DNA of 64,000 nucleotides, from positions 5,394,001-5,458,000 of the forward strand of contig OZ024748.1 in the NCBI GenBank assembly GCA_964016885.1, read 5' to 3'. Shown here piece by piece: positions 14,073-28,352 of this stretch. Position numbers and translations under genes: made by a program. The notes beneath the pieces are model-generated. The model was not told the DNA's origin, did not search any database, and saw only the letters and a program-made list of their open reading frames with translations. This DNA comes from Eledone cirrhosa. Its lineage: Eukaryota. The first letter of the stretch is position 1. Every line of letters begins with the position of its first letter.

Positions 14073-14500
14073 CCAGCCAACTAACCAGCCAGGCATACAT
14101 TCAAACATCCCACCATCTAAATAAAAATAATTCAACTATCTTGTAAGCCATCCATCCATCGAGCCATCCAGCTATCAAGCCATCAAACCATCCAGTCAAC
14201 CAGCCATCCAGCCATCAAGCCATCCAACCAACCAGCCAGCCAACTAACCATCCGGGCATACATTCAAACATCCCACCATCTAAATAAAAATAATTCAACT
14301 ATCTTGTAAGCCATCCATCCATCGAGCCATCCAGCTATCAAGCCATCAAACCATCCAGTCAACCAGCCATCCAGCCATCAAGCCATCCAACCAACCAGCC
14401 AGCCAACTAACCATCCGGGCATACATTCAAACATCCCACCATCTAAATATAAAATCATTCACCTATCTACTAAGCCATCCATCCATCAGGCCATCCAGCC
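14073..14500. repeat. 163-bp tandem repeat (about 2.6 units) within a decayed (CCAT/CCAG)n field
   Basis: GGCATACATTCAAACATCCCACCATCTAAAT starts at 14092, 14255 and 14418. Confidence 0.9.
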
Positions 14501-15321
14501 AGTCAGTCAATGAACCAGGCAGCCAGACAGCAAAGCAACGCCGGGGTCATTCAGATAAGGTGGTCAGCCTATACTCAGCTTTGACCAACTAGGTTAGGCA
14601 GCCATCCAACAAACATGCCGGACAATACAAACCTGATCACCGAACCATGCACTCAACCGTCATAGTTAAACTTAATCGTCACGGTTGAATGATCACCAAA
14701 CCTACTATTCTTTGTTTGTTCTTCATTGTTTCACTCCTTCTTGGTGTAGTTGTTGTTGTTGTTGTTGATGATGAAGATAATCTTCTTCTTCTTCTTCTTC
14801 TTCTTCTTCTTCTTCTTCTTCTTCTTCTTCTTCTTCTTCTTCTTCTTCTTCTTCTTCTCCCCCCTCCCTCCCCCACACAGAATAAAGTGGACCACCACCT
14901 CTACCATGAACACCTACTGCTGCTTTAGTAAATAACCTCCATGTGTTTATAATAGATCATATTATGATTTCATTTCCATTAACAAAATAATAAATATACT
15001 TGGGAGTGAGGTTGTTCATTAAGACTACGACGGATGAGACTGAAACATGTGAATTGATGACATGGGTGGTTGAGAAGAGATCATACAATCAATGTTTATG
15101 TCTACAGCAGTGCACACGCTCACAGGACACCAAAGAGCCCGCAAACCTTCTATAAACTAGCAATACCAATCATAGTAATACACCGTATTTCCCGGAGTCG
15201 AAGAAACCAAAGAGAACATCGACAGGATTTGAATTCGGAAAATATAGAAACGAATCAAATACTGGAAAGTATTTCCCACGATATTCAAACAATTCCGCAA
15301 ATCTACCGACATGAGTATAAT

Positions 15322-15539
15322 GGTTTCTTATATAGGCTCAAGGCCAGCAATTTGGGGGAGGGGAAATTCGATTAAATCGACCCCAGTGCATGACTGGTAC
15401 TTTATTTTATCGACCCCCGTAAGGATGAAAGGCATAGTTAACCTCGGCAGGATTTGAACTCAGATCATAAAGGGCCGTAACTCTATCTGCAAAGCATGGC
15501 GTCCGACCCTCTACCGATACTGCCAATCTGCTGACCTGC
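15322..15539 (-). mobile_element. Full-length SINE family A (long form) with target-site duplication
   Basis: Reverse complement of the 6772 copy plus an extra internal segment of about 30 bp; TSD ACATGA(G/A)TATAAT at 15309-15321 and 15540-15552. Confidence 0.9.
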
Positions 15540-15547
15540 ACATGAAT

Positions 15548-16460
15548 ATAATAGAAATATTTCTACCTCAAACATCATCGTCAACAATCTAACCACAACA
15601 TATGCTAAATACAGCGTCGGACACCATGCTTTGCAGCATAGAGTTATGGCCCTTTACGTCCTAAGTGTAAATCCAGTTGAGGTTAGCTTTGTCTTGCAGC
15701 ATAGAGTTATGGCCCTTTACGTCCTAAGTGTAAATCCAGTTGAGGTTAGCTTTGTCTTTAACCCTTACGGGGTCGATAAAATAAAGCATCAGTAATGCAC
15801 TGGGGTCGATTTAATCGACTTTCCCTTCTGCCCAAATTGCAGGCCTTGTGACTAAAGTAGAAATCATTATAACATTTACAGACACATTCATGAAAGGAGA
15901 TTTTAATGCACTTAAAACGTCCTGCTTTTCAAATGGTGCAAACAACAAACAACAATCCACACAATCACTCACTCACAATTTTCAATGCCAAGTACATTAA
16001 TAATATGAATATTTGTGTACTATCACTGACTTTACCAACCGTTTAACAAAGTTACACATCCCAACAACCACACTTTAATTCACTCACAAAACCCGCCTCG
16101 TTTTCATATAGTACATATAACAAAAGAGGTAACACAGTATCATCACAACTAGTCTCCCTTTGTATCTTAAACAATCCACATCAAGCCAAATACGTAATTC
16201 TTTGCTTGACATCACAGTTTATTCCATACACCTTTAGCTACAACAACCACTGGACAAGTAATTTCCCAACCTTTCCAAACCAGCAATGTATTATCATCAC
16301 CACACGCTCTCACATGGATGAAGAAACTAAAGGCATTTTAGAAAATTCATAAAGTCACAATGGGAACTGTTCCATCACGAAACGGAAACAAGTTATTCAG
16401 ACAGAAGAATATCACGATCACTCACAAACATTACAGTACAAACATTCAACAAAATAATTA
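15548..16460 (+). pseudogene. Decayed LINE apurinic-endonuclease (APE) region interrupted by a SINE
   Basis: Motifs in the expected order with stops and frameshifts: IEIFLPQTSS (about 15551), GDFNA (15896-15910), SLLDITVYS (about 16199-16225). Confidence 0.5.
15615..15870 (+). mobile_element. 5'-truncated SINE family A (long form) with an internal 63-bp exact tandem duplication
   Basis: TTGCAGCATAGAGTTATGGCCC.. repeated at 15631 and 15694; the remainder matches the family body. Confidence 0.9.
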
Positions 16461-17281
16461 GATGTTTAGAATGCAAGATAGTGAGAGAGTGAAAAAGAGG
16501 TTGTATAAGGAGGACAAACGTGAATACATAATTATGAAGGCATGTGTACTGTGTATGTTCAGAAACCAGCATATCTCTATACCTGCCTTGCTCTTCATGG
16601 TTTCACTTTCAACAATGAGTACACTTGCACTTGTTATCTATATTAGCATAGGAACTAGCAATGGCAGTGTGTGACCTTTGACCACGATTGGCCAAAATAT
16701 TTTTAATGTATTTAATATATTCCTCCACACCACATTTGGGTGATGATAGAGAAGACGTAATTTTTACACAATAGTTAACTCTTATTTCACATGTTGACAC
16801 CAAATTTCACTGAGACATCAAAGATATAACTGTATTCGGTTGAAGTAAAAATCTGTTTTACTTTTGTCTGCTAGCATTGACGATATACCACAGTCAGCAG
16901 TAGTCGTAGTTGTTGTAGAAAACCTATTATTATTATTATTATTATTATTATTCATGTTGTTGTTGCTGCCGTTGCTGGTGGTAGTGGTAGTATTTCGAAG
17001 TTAGTGTTAATGTTGTTGTTGTCGACCTTTGAATGTATATACTGTTAATAATGGTCGTTGTTATTCATCTAGTGGTGGTGGTGAGGTGGTGGTGGTGGTG
17101 GTGAAGTAGTGGTGATGAAGTAGTGGTGATGGTGATGGTGATGGTCAGCATTTATTGGGCGATGGATTCTTTTCTAATCTATAATAGTTTTATTTCGCTT
17201 TTTCCATTCTTTCTTTTTTGGCTTCACCTCACGGACAGTGTTATACAATGCTGAAGGAATAGAGAGATAGAGAGATGCGAA

Positions 17282-17383
<102 letters not shown>

Positions 17384-17916
17384 GTTGAGAGAGAAAGATT
17401 GACAGAGGAGGAGATATAGGTTCTAAGATTCAATATATTCATGTATTATCTATCAGAGAATGATTACAAAATCGTCTACTTGATTGAAATTAACATAAAT
17501 AACATTTATCCTGTGGCCTTAAGTAGAGGAATGAAAGGCTCCTGTGACCCTTTAAGAACGTTTTTCGTCAGGCACCGTAGAACAGCGGAGTATGTAACCA
17601 ACTAAAAATACGACATATTTTGCCTTTGGCGGACATTTTGGTCTTTTGCTTGCTGGCTTTATTCATTCTTGTACTTTTGGCGTTTATCTTTTGTTAGGAA
17701 AAATTGGGAACCTCCGCAGTTGAAAACTTTTAGGATAATTCGATTTCATTGCTACAAATTCACATCTAAAACATACATAATGGCATACATACATACATTT
17801 CGCTATATGTGCATGCGTGTATATACAGGAATATTCATATTAATGTATACGTGTTCATACATACATACAAACATATATATATAATCATATATATATATAT
17901 ATGTATATATATATGT

Positions 17917-18005
<89 letters not shown>

Positions 18006-18400
18006 CATTTATAAACATCACTCTATTCTACACCACATTACGGCCTCTTGTATGTGGACTTCTACCATTGTTGACATTCGACCTCTGGACAACAATGACC
18101 AAACAAGAAACATGCTTTACTAAACAAAAAATCATTAACCCCCTCCACCAACCCACCACCAATCAACCACATCCTCTGTTCTTCTTTTTTTCTTTATTCT
18201 CTTTTATCCCCCTTTTTCCCATTCATCCATTAAGAACACAACACTTTTCAAAATTATGAAAACACACAACAGAAACCAAACGATGGACAACAAATTGCGC
18301 CTCCCTGACCAACACACAAACATCAACCACCATTAGGCCCAATCACCACCACCACCACCACCACCACCACCACTGGCTGCTGCAACTACTGCTGCTGCTG

Positions 18401-18458
<58 letters not shown>

Positions 18459-19487
18459 GCCGATTAACAAAATTACCATTAGCCAGAGCAGCAATCATTA
18501 TCCCCTCCAACAACGATAATATCACCACCACCAACATCCCCATCATCAGCACCACCTCTAATAACAACACAACTAACATCCCTATCACCACCACCACCAC
18601 CATCGCCTCCAACAACAACACCATCAACATCTCCACCACCACCACCATCGCCTCCAACAACAACACCATCAACATCTCCACCTCTACCACCACCACCATC
18701 GCATCCAACAACAACACCATCAACATCACCACCACCACCACCACCACCATCATCGCATCCAACAACAACACCATCAACATCCCGACCTTCCGGACAACAC
18801 GTTCTCAACCACCAGTAACACCACCAAGTACATCATCAACACTACCAACACCAACACTAGCACTATTATCACAACCACTGTACCTACCAAAAATTCTACT
18901 AACATCACCAACAATATCAACAACTCGCCTACCAATATCATCATCATAACCACAAAAACAAAGAGCAGCAGGTCCTCCTAGTAGGTCCTGCTAAATTAGC
19001 ATTTAGATAGTCTTTCGGCATGCCAGAGAATAGCAGCCAAGTCTCCTCAAAGTATTATTGAACTCTCGTAAAAAATATTACGACGTATTGGCAAATATAG
19101 TCTTAGATACATAAAAGTTGAGATTGGCATGTTTGGAAGCACCTTGCTTAACCAGATCAACTACCACAGTTAAGAACCACCCCCCCCCCACAAGCAGCTA
19201 CACAACAACCACCAACAGCACCAGCAACACCGACAAAACTACTACTACTAACCCCAGTATTACCATCACCATCACCATCACCATCACCATCACCTTCACT
19301 ATAGCGAACGAAATAAAATCACTGTTGCCACCCCAATCCGCTACACCATCAGCAATGCCACGACTGGCTAAAACCACTATCACCATCACCAGCGCCATCC
19401 CTACCACTATTAGCATCATCAGTAACACCAGCGCTACCATCACCATCACCGTTATAATTACAATAACTGACATATAGAAACCTTGTT

Positions 19488-20312
19488 ATCACCACCACCA
19501 CAACCACCACCACCACCAACGCCACTACTAACGTCACCACCAACATCACCACCACCACCACAACCACCACCACCACCAACGCCACAACTAACGTCACCAC
19601 CAACATCAACACCACCACCACAACCACCACCACCACCAACGCCACTACTAACGTCACCACCTCCATCACAACCAACGCCACTCTAACGTCACCATCACAA
19701 CCAACGCCACTCTAACGCCACCACCATCACAACCAACGCCACTACTAACGTCACCATCACAACCAACGCCACTACTAACGTCACCATCACAACCGACGCC
19801 ACTACTAACGTCACCATCACAACCGACGCCACTACTACGTCACCACCTCCATCACAACCCAACGCCACTACTAACGTCACCACCACCATCACAATCAACG
19901 CCACTACTAACGCCACCACCACCCACAATCAACGCCATTACTAACGCCACCACCATCACAACCAACGCCACTCTAACGCCACCTCCCATCACATCCGACG
20001 CCACTACTAACGCCACCACCACCATCACAATCAACGCCACTCTAACGCCACCTCCATCACATCCGACGCCACTACTAACGCCACCAACCACCATCACAAT
20101 CAACCGCCACTACTAACGCCACCACCACCATCACAACCAACGCCACTACTAACGCCACCACCACCATCCACAAACAAACGCCACTCTAACGCCACCACCA
20201 TCACAACCAACGCCACTCTAACGCCACCACCATCACAATCAACGCCACTACTAACGTCACCACCACCATCACAATCAACGCCCCTACTAACGTCACCACC
20301 ACCATCAACACC
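19488..20312. repeat. CCA-derived minisatellite (60-bp units grading into units of about 27-36 bp)
   Basis: Recurring CAACGCCACTACTAACG(T/C)CACC core. Confidence 0.9.
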
Positions 20313-20519
20313 ATCTCTATCAATATTTCTGGTATATTATATATTTACCACACTAATTTTCTCTCTCTTGTCATTCTAGTTATTGTTCACGATGGGAATT
20401 CAATGTGTTTTCCTTAGATGTTTCTTCTAAACAATGATGTTTATTGAATTCTATGTAACATACAGTTTTTAAACTGTTCAATTGACGAACCAATGGACCC
20501 GACCACACCAAACCCTCAC

Positions 20520-20665
20520 TGTTCACGCCCAGCCCCCGCCTCTGGCCATAACGCCCAGCTATTTACCGAGTAGTGGCACCAGTTAGAAAGTTTAGCAGAG
20601 CCAATCTAATCGGATTTAATTAATTTCGTTTGTGCTAATTGTAGGACGCACTATATTTGCATTTC
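20520..20665. promoter_or_regulatory. Candidate cis-regulatory module
   Basis: CACGCCC 20524, GC box CCCCGCC 20534, ACGCCCAGC twice, CCAAT 20601, TAATCGGATTT 20607 followed by TAATTAAT, octamer ATTTGCAT 20655. Confidence 0.4.
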
Positions 20666-20893
20666 TTTAATAACTTGATTATTTAAACTGTAACTATGTA
20701 TGCTAGTGATCAAATAGATGGAGAGAGCCGTTGGATATCAAATAACATTTTTCAAGACAAACTTTTTGTTGTCAGCGACAAGAGAAAGAGAAATAGATAG
20801 AGTCATATGTAGGGAGAAATTCAGCATGATGTGTGAGAGAGAGAGAGAGAGGGAAATAGAGAGAAATATATGTATATGTATATAATATATATA

Positions 20894-20974
<81 letters not shown>

Positions 20975-21068
20975 AAGAGGAAAATAGAGAGAAAATATAT
21001 ATGTGTATATATATACCCTACACAAATATATATTGTATGTATATATATGTAATTTATATATATGTTTG

Positions 21069-21132
<64 letters not shown>

Positions 21133-21282
21133 GAGGAAAAAGAGAGAGAAATATATGTGTATATATATATATACATACACACATATATATATGTATATAT
21201 ATGTAATTTATATATATGTATGTATGTATATATATAAAACTTCTTCCACTCTCTAGCATCCTCTCTCTCTCTCTCTCTCTCT

Positions 21283-21482
21283 NNNNNNNNNNNNNNNNNN
21301 NNNNNNNNNNNNNNNNNNNNNNNNNNNNNNNNNNNNNNNNNNNNNNNNNNNNNNNNNNNNNNNNNNNNNNNNNNNNNNNNNNNNNNNNNNNNNNNNNNNN
21401 NNNNNNNNNNNNNNNNNNNNNNNNNNNNNNNNNNNNNNNNNNNNNNNNNNNNNNNNNNNNNNNNNNNNNNNNNNNNNNNNNN
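21283..21482. other. Assembly gap of exactly 200 N
   Basis: Run of N; a fixed round length indicates a scaffolding join of unknown true size. Confidence 0.99.
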
Positions 21483-21510
21483 ATATATATTATATATGAA
21501 TGTATGTATA

Positions 21511-21543
<33 letters not shown>

Positions 21544-21863
21544 ATCTATATATGTATGAATGTATGTATAAATATATATATATATGAATGTATGTATATA
21601 TATATATATATATACATATACACTGTATATGAATGTATGTATGTATAAATATATATATATATATGTATGTATGTATATCTATATATGTATGAATGTATGT
21701 ATAAATATATATATATATGTATGTATGTATATCTATATATGTATGTATACATACATATCAATTTATATATATATATATATATGTATGTATATCTATATAT
21801 GTATACATACATATCAATTTATATATATATATATATACACATATGCATACACATACACATATA

Positions 21864-21911
<48 letters not shown>

Positions 21912-22365
21912 TATAATACCCACAATCACACACAACATTATTTCTTTGTCTTTTTGTTCCAAAACTAAAAATTGCATTTTACCATTCTCCCAGACACCTC
22001 CTACTCCTCCTCTTCGAAGAGATATAGAGAGAGATGGTAGAGAGAGAGGGAGAGAGAAAGAGAAAGAAAGAGAGAAAGAAAGAGAGAGAGGGAGAGAGAA
22101 AGAGAAAGAAAGAGAAAAAGAAAGAGGGAGAGGGGGATAGAGAGAGAAAAAGAGAGTGTGTGTGAGAGAGAGAGAAGAGTGGACTGACAGATGTAAGCCA
22201 AACGTAATTGTTACCGTTGATCAAATAATAATAATAATGATATTAATGATAATAATAATATTGATAATAATATTGATAATAATAGTTCATAAAACTTTTC
22301 ACATCACATCCTTTGGTCACATGGTTTCCCCTTACTGCAATCATATCATCCGAGCTCGTGAACAT

Positions 22366-22414
<49 letters not shown>

Positions 22415-22450
22415 TATTGTGTATATATGTATAGATATTGTATATATATA

Positions 22451-22497
<47 letters not shown>

Positions 22498-22592
22498 TTT
22501 AGATATATATATATATATATACTGTGCATATATATATATATAAAGAGAGAGAAAGAAATACGTATATATATATATATATTACATATATATAT

Positions 22593-22631
<39 letters not shown>

Positions 22632-22716
22632 GTGTGTGTATGGATGGTGTATGTATATATAAATAGACACACACACGCACACACACATACACACACACAC
22701 GTACACACACAGATAT

Positions 22717-22775
<59 letters not shown>

Positions 22776-23993
22776 TGTACCGCAGCGCAACTTGAAAGAA
22801 CATATGAACTGCCTAAACAAGCATGCTTTAAACGAAAACCTAAAATGATCGTGTTCCAAGGAAGAATTGAATAAGGCAGTGTCGGTAAACTAATCAGCGA
22901 GAGACATCATGTCCACATTATCACTAGATTCGTTATATAATTAACAATTTCCAATGCTTATCGCTTATACTCGACAAGAACTTACTTCGGCCTTTCGAAA
23001 AACTATTAGGATATTGTTTGTTAAGAAATTACTGATGCTACTGTGAGTCTTGTTGTTATTGTTATGGTTGATTTGTTACAGTTATTGTTGTTGTTATAGT
23101 TGTTGTTGCCGTTATTGTTACTATTATTACTATTATTATTAGTAGTAGTAGTATCATTACTAAAATTATTGTTATTATTATTATTGTTATTATTATTTAT
23201 TATTATCATCGAAATATTCTTTAGAGTGGAAAGAAATTGAAAATATGCAATTGTTGATGCATTGATGTAGTTAGGTTTGTTATAATCTAACCGCTTCGCC
23301 ACCACCGCCGTCATCGATGCTAATGGCGTGTTATTGTTACTGGTGTTGCTGTTGAGGATGATAATGATGATAGTGATGATGATGATGATGAATGTGTTGA
23401 TGATAATGATGATGATGATGATGAACTATGTTGGTGTTGATGATCACAATGATGCTGGTGATTATAATGATGTTATATTGATGTCTATAGTGATATTGAT
23501 GATGATGTTGGTGTTCGATGGAATTGCCTTGTTCTGTTAATTCTTTTCGTGTTAATAATAATACTGATGTCCAATATCATTGTTGCTTGCTCTTGTTGTT
23601 TGGTCCTTGTTATATGTTCGTCGTGTTATTGTTGTTAATGTTAATGTTATTTAAAGTTGCTGTTTCAAGTTTCTATCACTGCCTCTGTAATATCATCCAG
23701 TTGTTGTTGTCGTTGCTGTTGCTGTTGTTTATATTCATCTACGTGTTGTTATAGTTTAGTATTTTAGTGTATCTATGTTAGTCTTAATATCGTTACAACC
23801 TTTAACAATTTTTGCTGTCCGTTCTGTTCAAAACTGATGTATGATAATATTCTTATAATTATTTGTATTACATCAACCGTAGCTTCTTTTATGTTAGGCT
23901 CTCACATATGTAATATTGTGAGTTGAACAACTTCAATCAATGATATTATCTAATCAATTCCTAGACAAAAACTCCCTAAATAATATTGATTGT

Positions 23994-24180
23994 ATTTCTA
24001 GCATAGGCACAAGGCCAGAAGTTCGGAGGAAGGGGTAGTCCATTAAATCTCTTCCACTACTTAACTGCTGCATGTATTTTTCGACCATAGTTGGATGAAA
24101 GCGGCAAGATTTGATCCTGGAATATAAAGTGCCTGAGGGAAAATAAGTCATTTATCTAACGCTCTAACGAGTCTGCCAAT
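23994..24180 (-). mobile_element. Old, diverged SINE family A copy
   Basis: TAGGCACAAGGCCAG..TTTTCGACC..GGATGAAAG..CTCTAACGAGTCTGCCAAT collinear with the 15322 copy. Confidence 0.7.
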
Positions 24181-24359
24181 CAACCAATCAACTAACAAAC
24201 CAACACATCTTTATCTCTTAACAGGGTTTCAAGTATTACCAAGTAGAAAATGTATATCAGACTGGTCGGGAGGAATACATTTTTGTTGATATTGTTTTCT
24301 GTGATATTTAAAAATTAACTTCCGGTGTTGAATGGAGGCCATCATGGTTAGATGCTTAT

Positions 24360-24421
<62 letters not shown>

Positions 24422-24705
24422 CATACATACTCACACACACACATATATATATATATATATAGTCATTCTTGCCTTAATAAGAAATCGCTATTTTACATCT
24501 GTTTTGGCTCGGTTTTCAGATGTTAGGAAAAAAAACCATATTTCCTTAAAAGATTAGCAAACCTGGTTTGTCATCGGAATGGAAACCGAGTCCGAATATA
24601 AATGTGAATTTAGGACTTCCTAATCATATAATCTCCTGAAATAATATATTTTTATTCGTGTATGCCATTTGTAGTTAGCCAAATAATTAATGTTATTATG
24701 GTAGA

Positions 24706-24759
<54 letters not shown>

Positions 24760-24869
24760 TGTTTGTGTGTGCATATATATATACTGTATATATATAACAC
24801 GCAAAAGCATATATATATTGTATATATATATATATACAATTAATTCTTTAAAATTTAATTTACAGCTTT

Positions 24870-25200
24870 CTTTAACTTTGATGTATTTGTATGCCTATGA
24901 CCAGTCACATTCATCGTTTCGTCACCAGATCTTAGGTGTTCGTGACAAATGTCCTCCTATTGTCCCTTCGTTGCCAATATGTCATTCTACTCAGAAATAC
25001 TCAGGATTTTCATCATTTCATTTTGGTGAAAGAAATCTATAGATTCCATGATTTCTAAGAATATGCTGTCTAAATCATTCTATCATTTTGAATTTTGAAT
25101 AAAATTAGTTATAATTTCAGGGATAGATGTCTTCTATTTCTATGAATGTTGTCCACTTCGTCTTGTCTTGTTAAAGCCACGTGTTCATCATATATTTGTA
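24870..25200 (-). pseudogene. Decayed RTE-like LINE reverse transcriptase C-terminal region
   Basis: Minus-strand translation gives LSLKL*LILF, YS*KSW, IDFFHQNEMMKILSIS (25040-24993), NE, KR..GH; same order as the RTE motifs YGxExW / FHxRCLRxILxIxW / RRLxWxGH. Confidence 0.55.
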
Positions 25201-25574
25201 ATTTACTACAATGCACAGCTAAGTGTAGAAATGCATAAAAGAAAAATGTTTGTGTTGTTGTTCACAGATCGACAATGATCTATTCGATTTATGATAGAAA
25301 GCATTCCTATCTTAAGGAGCCTGTCGTCTTTTATGATAACCGTGTTTATATTGAAGAGATATAGCATGAGACGTTAGGGAGGATTTGCGTGCTATATCGA
25401 TCAGTCTGCTCATCAATTTAGTATCGCCATCGTTGTCATTGTTTACACATTGGTGTCCCTGAACGAGTAGCCCACCCTTTAAAGACATTCCAGTCGTAAC
25501 CATCCTTTCACTTTCGAACACCCTGATTGAAAACTATTCTCTAGAGCATCTATTGGAAATAATACTATAATATT

Positions 25575-26060
25575 TATAGAACATCTGGTGGAAATCATGT
25601 AAAAGTAATTGTAGATAATTTTGAGGGAGATATATTGTTGGAGATCTGTGAGAAGATACGAAAGTAATTTTAGATTTTCTGGTGGGAGAATGTGAAAGCA
25701 ATTATAGAGCTTCTGGTGGGAAGATGTGAAAGAATTTGTAGAGCTTCTGGTGGGAAGATGTGATAGTAATTGTTGAGCTTCTGGTGGGAAGATGTGATAG
25801 TAATTGTAGAGCTTCTGGTGGGAAGATGTGATAGTAATTGTTGAGCTTCTGGTGGGAATATGTGATAGTAATTGTTGAGCTTCTGGTGGGAAGATGTGAT
25901 AGTAATTGTTGAGCTTCTGGTGGGAAGATGTGAAAGAATTTGTAGACACTCTGGTTGGAAATTGTAAGTAATTGTAAATTATCTGGTGGGATTATGTGAA
26001 CATATTTATAGAGTTTCTGGAAAGAGGATGTGAATATATTTGTAAAGATTCTGATGGAAA
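25575..26060. repeat. 34-bp minisatellite (7 clean units 25707-25944, decayed flanks)
   Basis: Unit GAGCTTCTGGTGGGAAGATGTGATAGTAATTGT(T/A). Confidence 0.95.
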
Positions 26061-26471
26061 CCTTGTAAAGCAGATAATTATAATAGAAGTGTCGTAGTAG
26101 TATAGGTAGAGATTCTGATGTAACCTTTATAAGATAACGCACGAGTAATAACCTCTAAGACGTAGTGATAGCTGGAAAAAAAATTGAAGACAAAATAAAT
26201 TACCAAACAACATAGGGGAATGAATCACAATTGTCATTGGTAGAGTAATAGAAATAAAAATGTCCTTCTTCACGTGTCATCAACTTTTCTTTCTTTTAAC
26301 CTATAAAATTGTTGTGTTTTTTTCTGTTGTGTAATTTGTCACGTTATCACTTGATAAATACTTTGTGCTGTATTTTTACAAAAGAAACAAAGCTACAAAA
26401 ACCCTCATCAATTATTGTTATATTAATTGTAGTAGTTGAAGTACAATATCTAGTAGTAGTAGTAGTAGTAT

Positions 26472-26536
<65 letters not shown>

Positions 26537-26644
26537 TTATTATTATTAGTAGTAGTAGTAGTAGTGGTGGAGGTGATGGTGGTGGCGGCGGTGGTGCTGG
26601 TAGTAGTAGTAGTATTAGTAGTGGTGGGGGTGATGGTGGTGGTG

Positions 26645-26699
<55 letters not shown>

Positions 26700-27102
26700 A
26701 GGTGGTGATAGTAACATCAGCACTGTAATAGTTGTAGCAGTGGTGATATTGGTCTTGGTAGGAGTCTCAGATATGGTCGTTATATTTACTGTTGTCGATG
26801 ATGATGTTGCTTTAAAACACTGAAGCATTTCTAAAAGGAGACAAGAAATATCAGGTAAAAAAAAACAACTAAATAATGATAATGTTATTAGGAACAAGAA
26901 ATAAAAATACGACGACCAGTGCAACAAGAAAAAGTGAAGGCAACAAAATATATTATTGTTATTATTAACAACAATGCTGTATATATATATACATATATAT
27001 TATATATATATATATATATATAAATATATATATATACATATATATATATCCATTATAAATATATATATATATAATATATAAATATATATATATTTATATG
27101 TG

Positions 27103-27187
<85 letters not shown>

Positions 27188-27201
27188 TATATATAGAGAG
27201 T

Positions 27202-27235
<34 letters not shown>

Positions 27236-27601
27236 CGGAGAGAGCGAAGGACAGAGAGAAAGAGAGAGACTTTAGATAGCCACATATATGTACATATATA
27301 CATATGTATATGTGTGATTGAGTGTGTGGGTATATGTGCATCGGGGGTTGATGGTAAGAAAAAATTGTCGAGAGCAAAATAAAATATAAATATATTAAAA
27401 ATACTTATATATCTATTTTGTTTTATATTTTATCATCTAGAACGCTAACCAGGACTTTATACACATAGCTTGCTGTATTATATCTAGCTACCTACATACA
27501 TACGTACAAATATACACACCACACGGTCAAATACATACACTTAATTGTGTCTTTCTCTGTGTATGTGTATTTGTTTTTTTCTGATTTCTTTACCTATATG
27601 G

Positions 27602-27707
<106 letters not shown>

Positions 27708-27920
27708 CTATATATATATATATAAACATATGTATATATATACACACACACATATATATATATGTATATATATAAACATATAACCATATATATATATATA
27801 TATTTATATACATATTAATATATATATATTCAAACATATGTATACAACTACATATATATAAATATATGAGTATATATAAATAAATATTCATATATATATA
27901 CATCACATATGGAGACACAA

Positions 27921-28025
<105 letters not shown>

Positions 28026-28079
28026 TATATATACACATACATATATATGCATACATACATATATAAATATATATAAAAA

Positions 28080-28119
<40 letters not shown>

Positions 28120-28207
28120 ATACACATATATATATATATATATGTATATACATACATATATATATATATATACATATATATACATATATATATATATATA
28201 CATATAT

Positions 28208-28240
<33 letters not shown>

Positions 28241-28321
28241 TATGCGTGCGTGTCATCTAAGAGGAACATATATACATATATATGAGGTATACATTTGTAT
28301 ATGAATTTCATTAATTTATTC

Positions 28322-28352
<31 letters not shown>

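Noticed and set aside
19118-20312. Mucin-like or extensin-like Thr/Pro-rich ORFs
   Set aside because: CCA-derived minisatellite with frequent frameshifting indels
25479-26142. Repetitive ORFs or a CRISPR-like array
   Set aside because: The 34-bp unit is not a multiple of three, has no unique spacers and no cas genes; eukaryotic context
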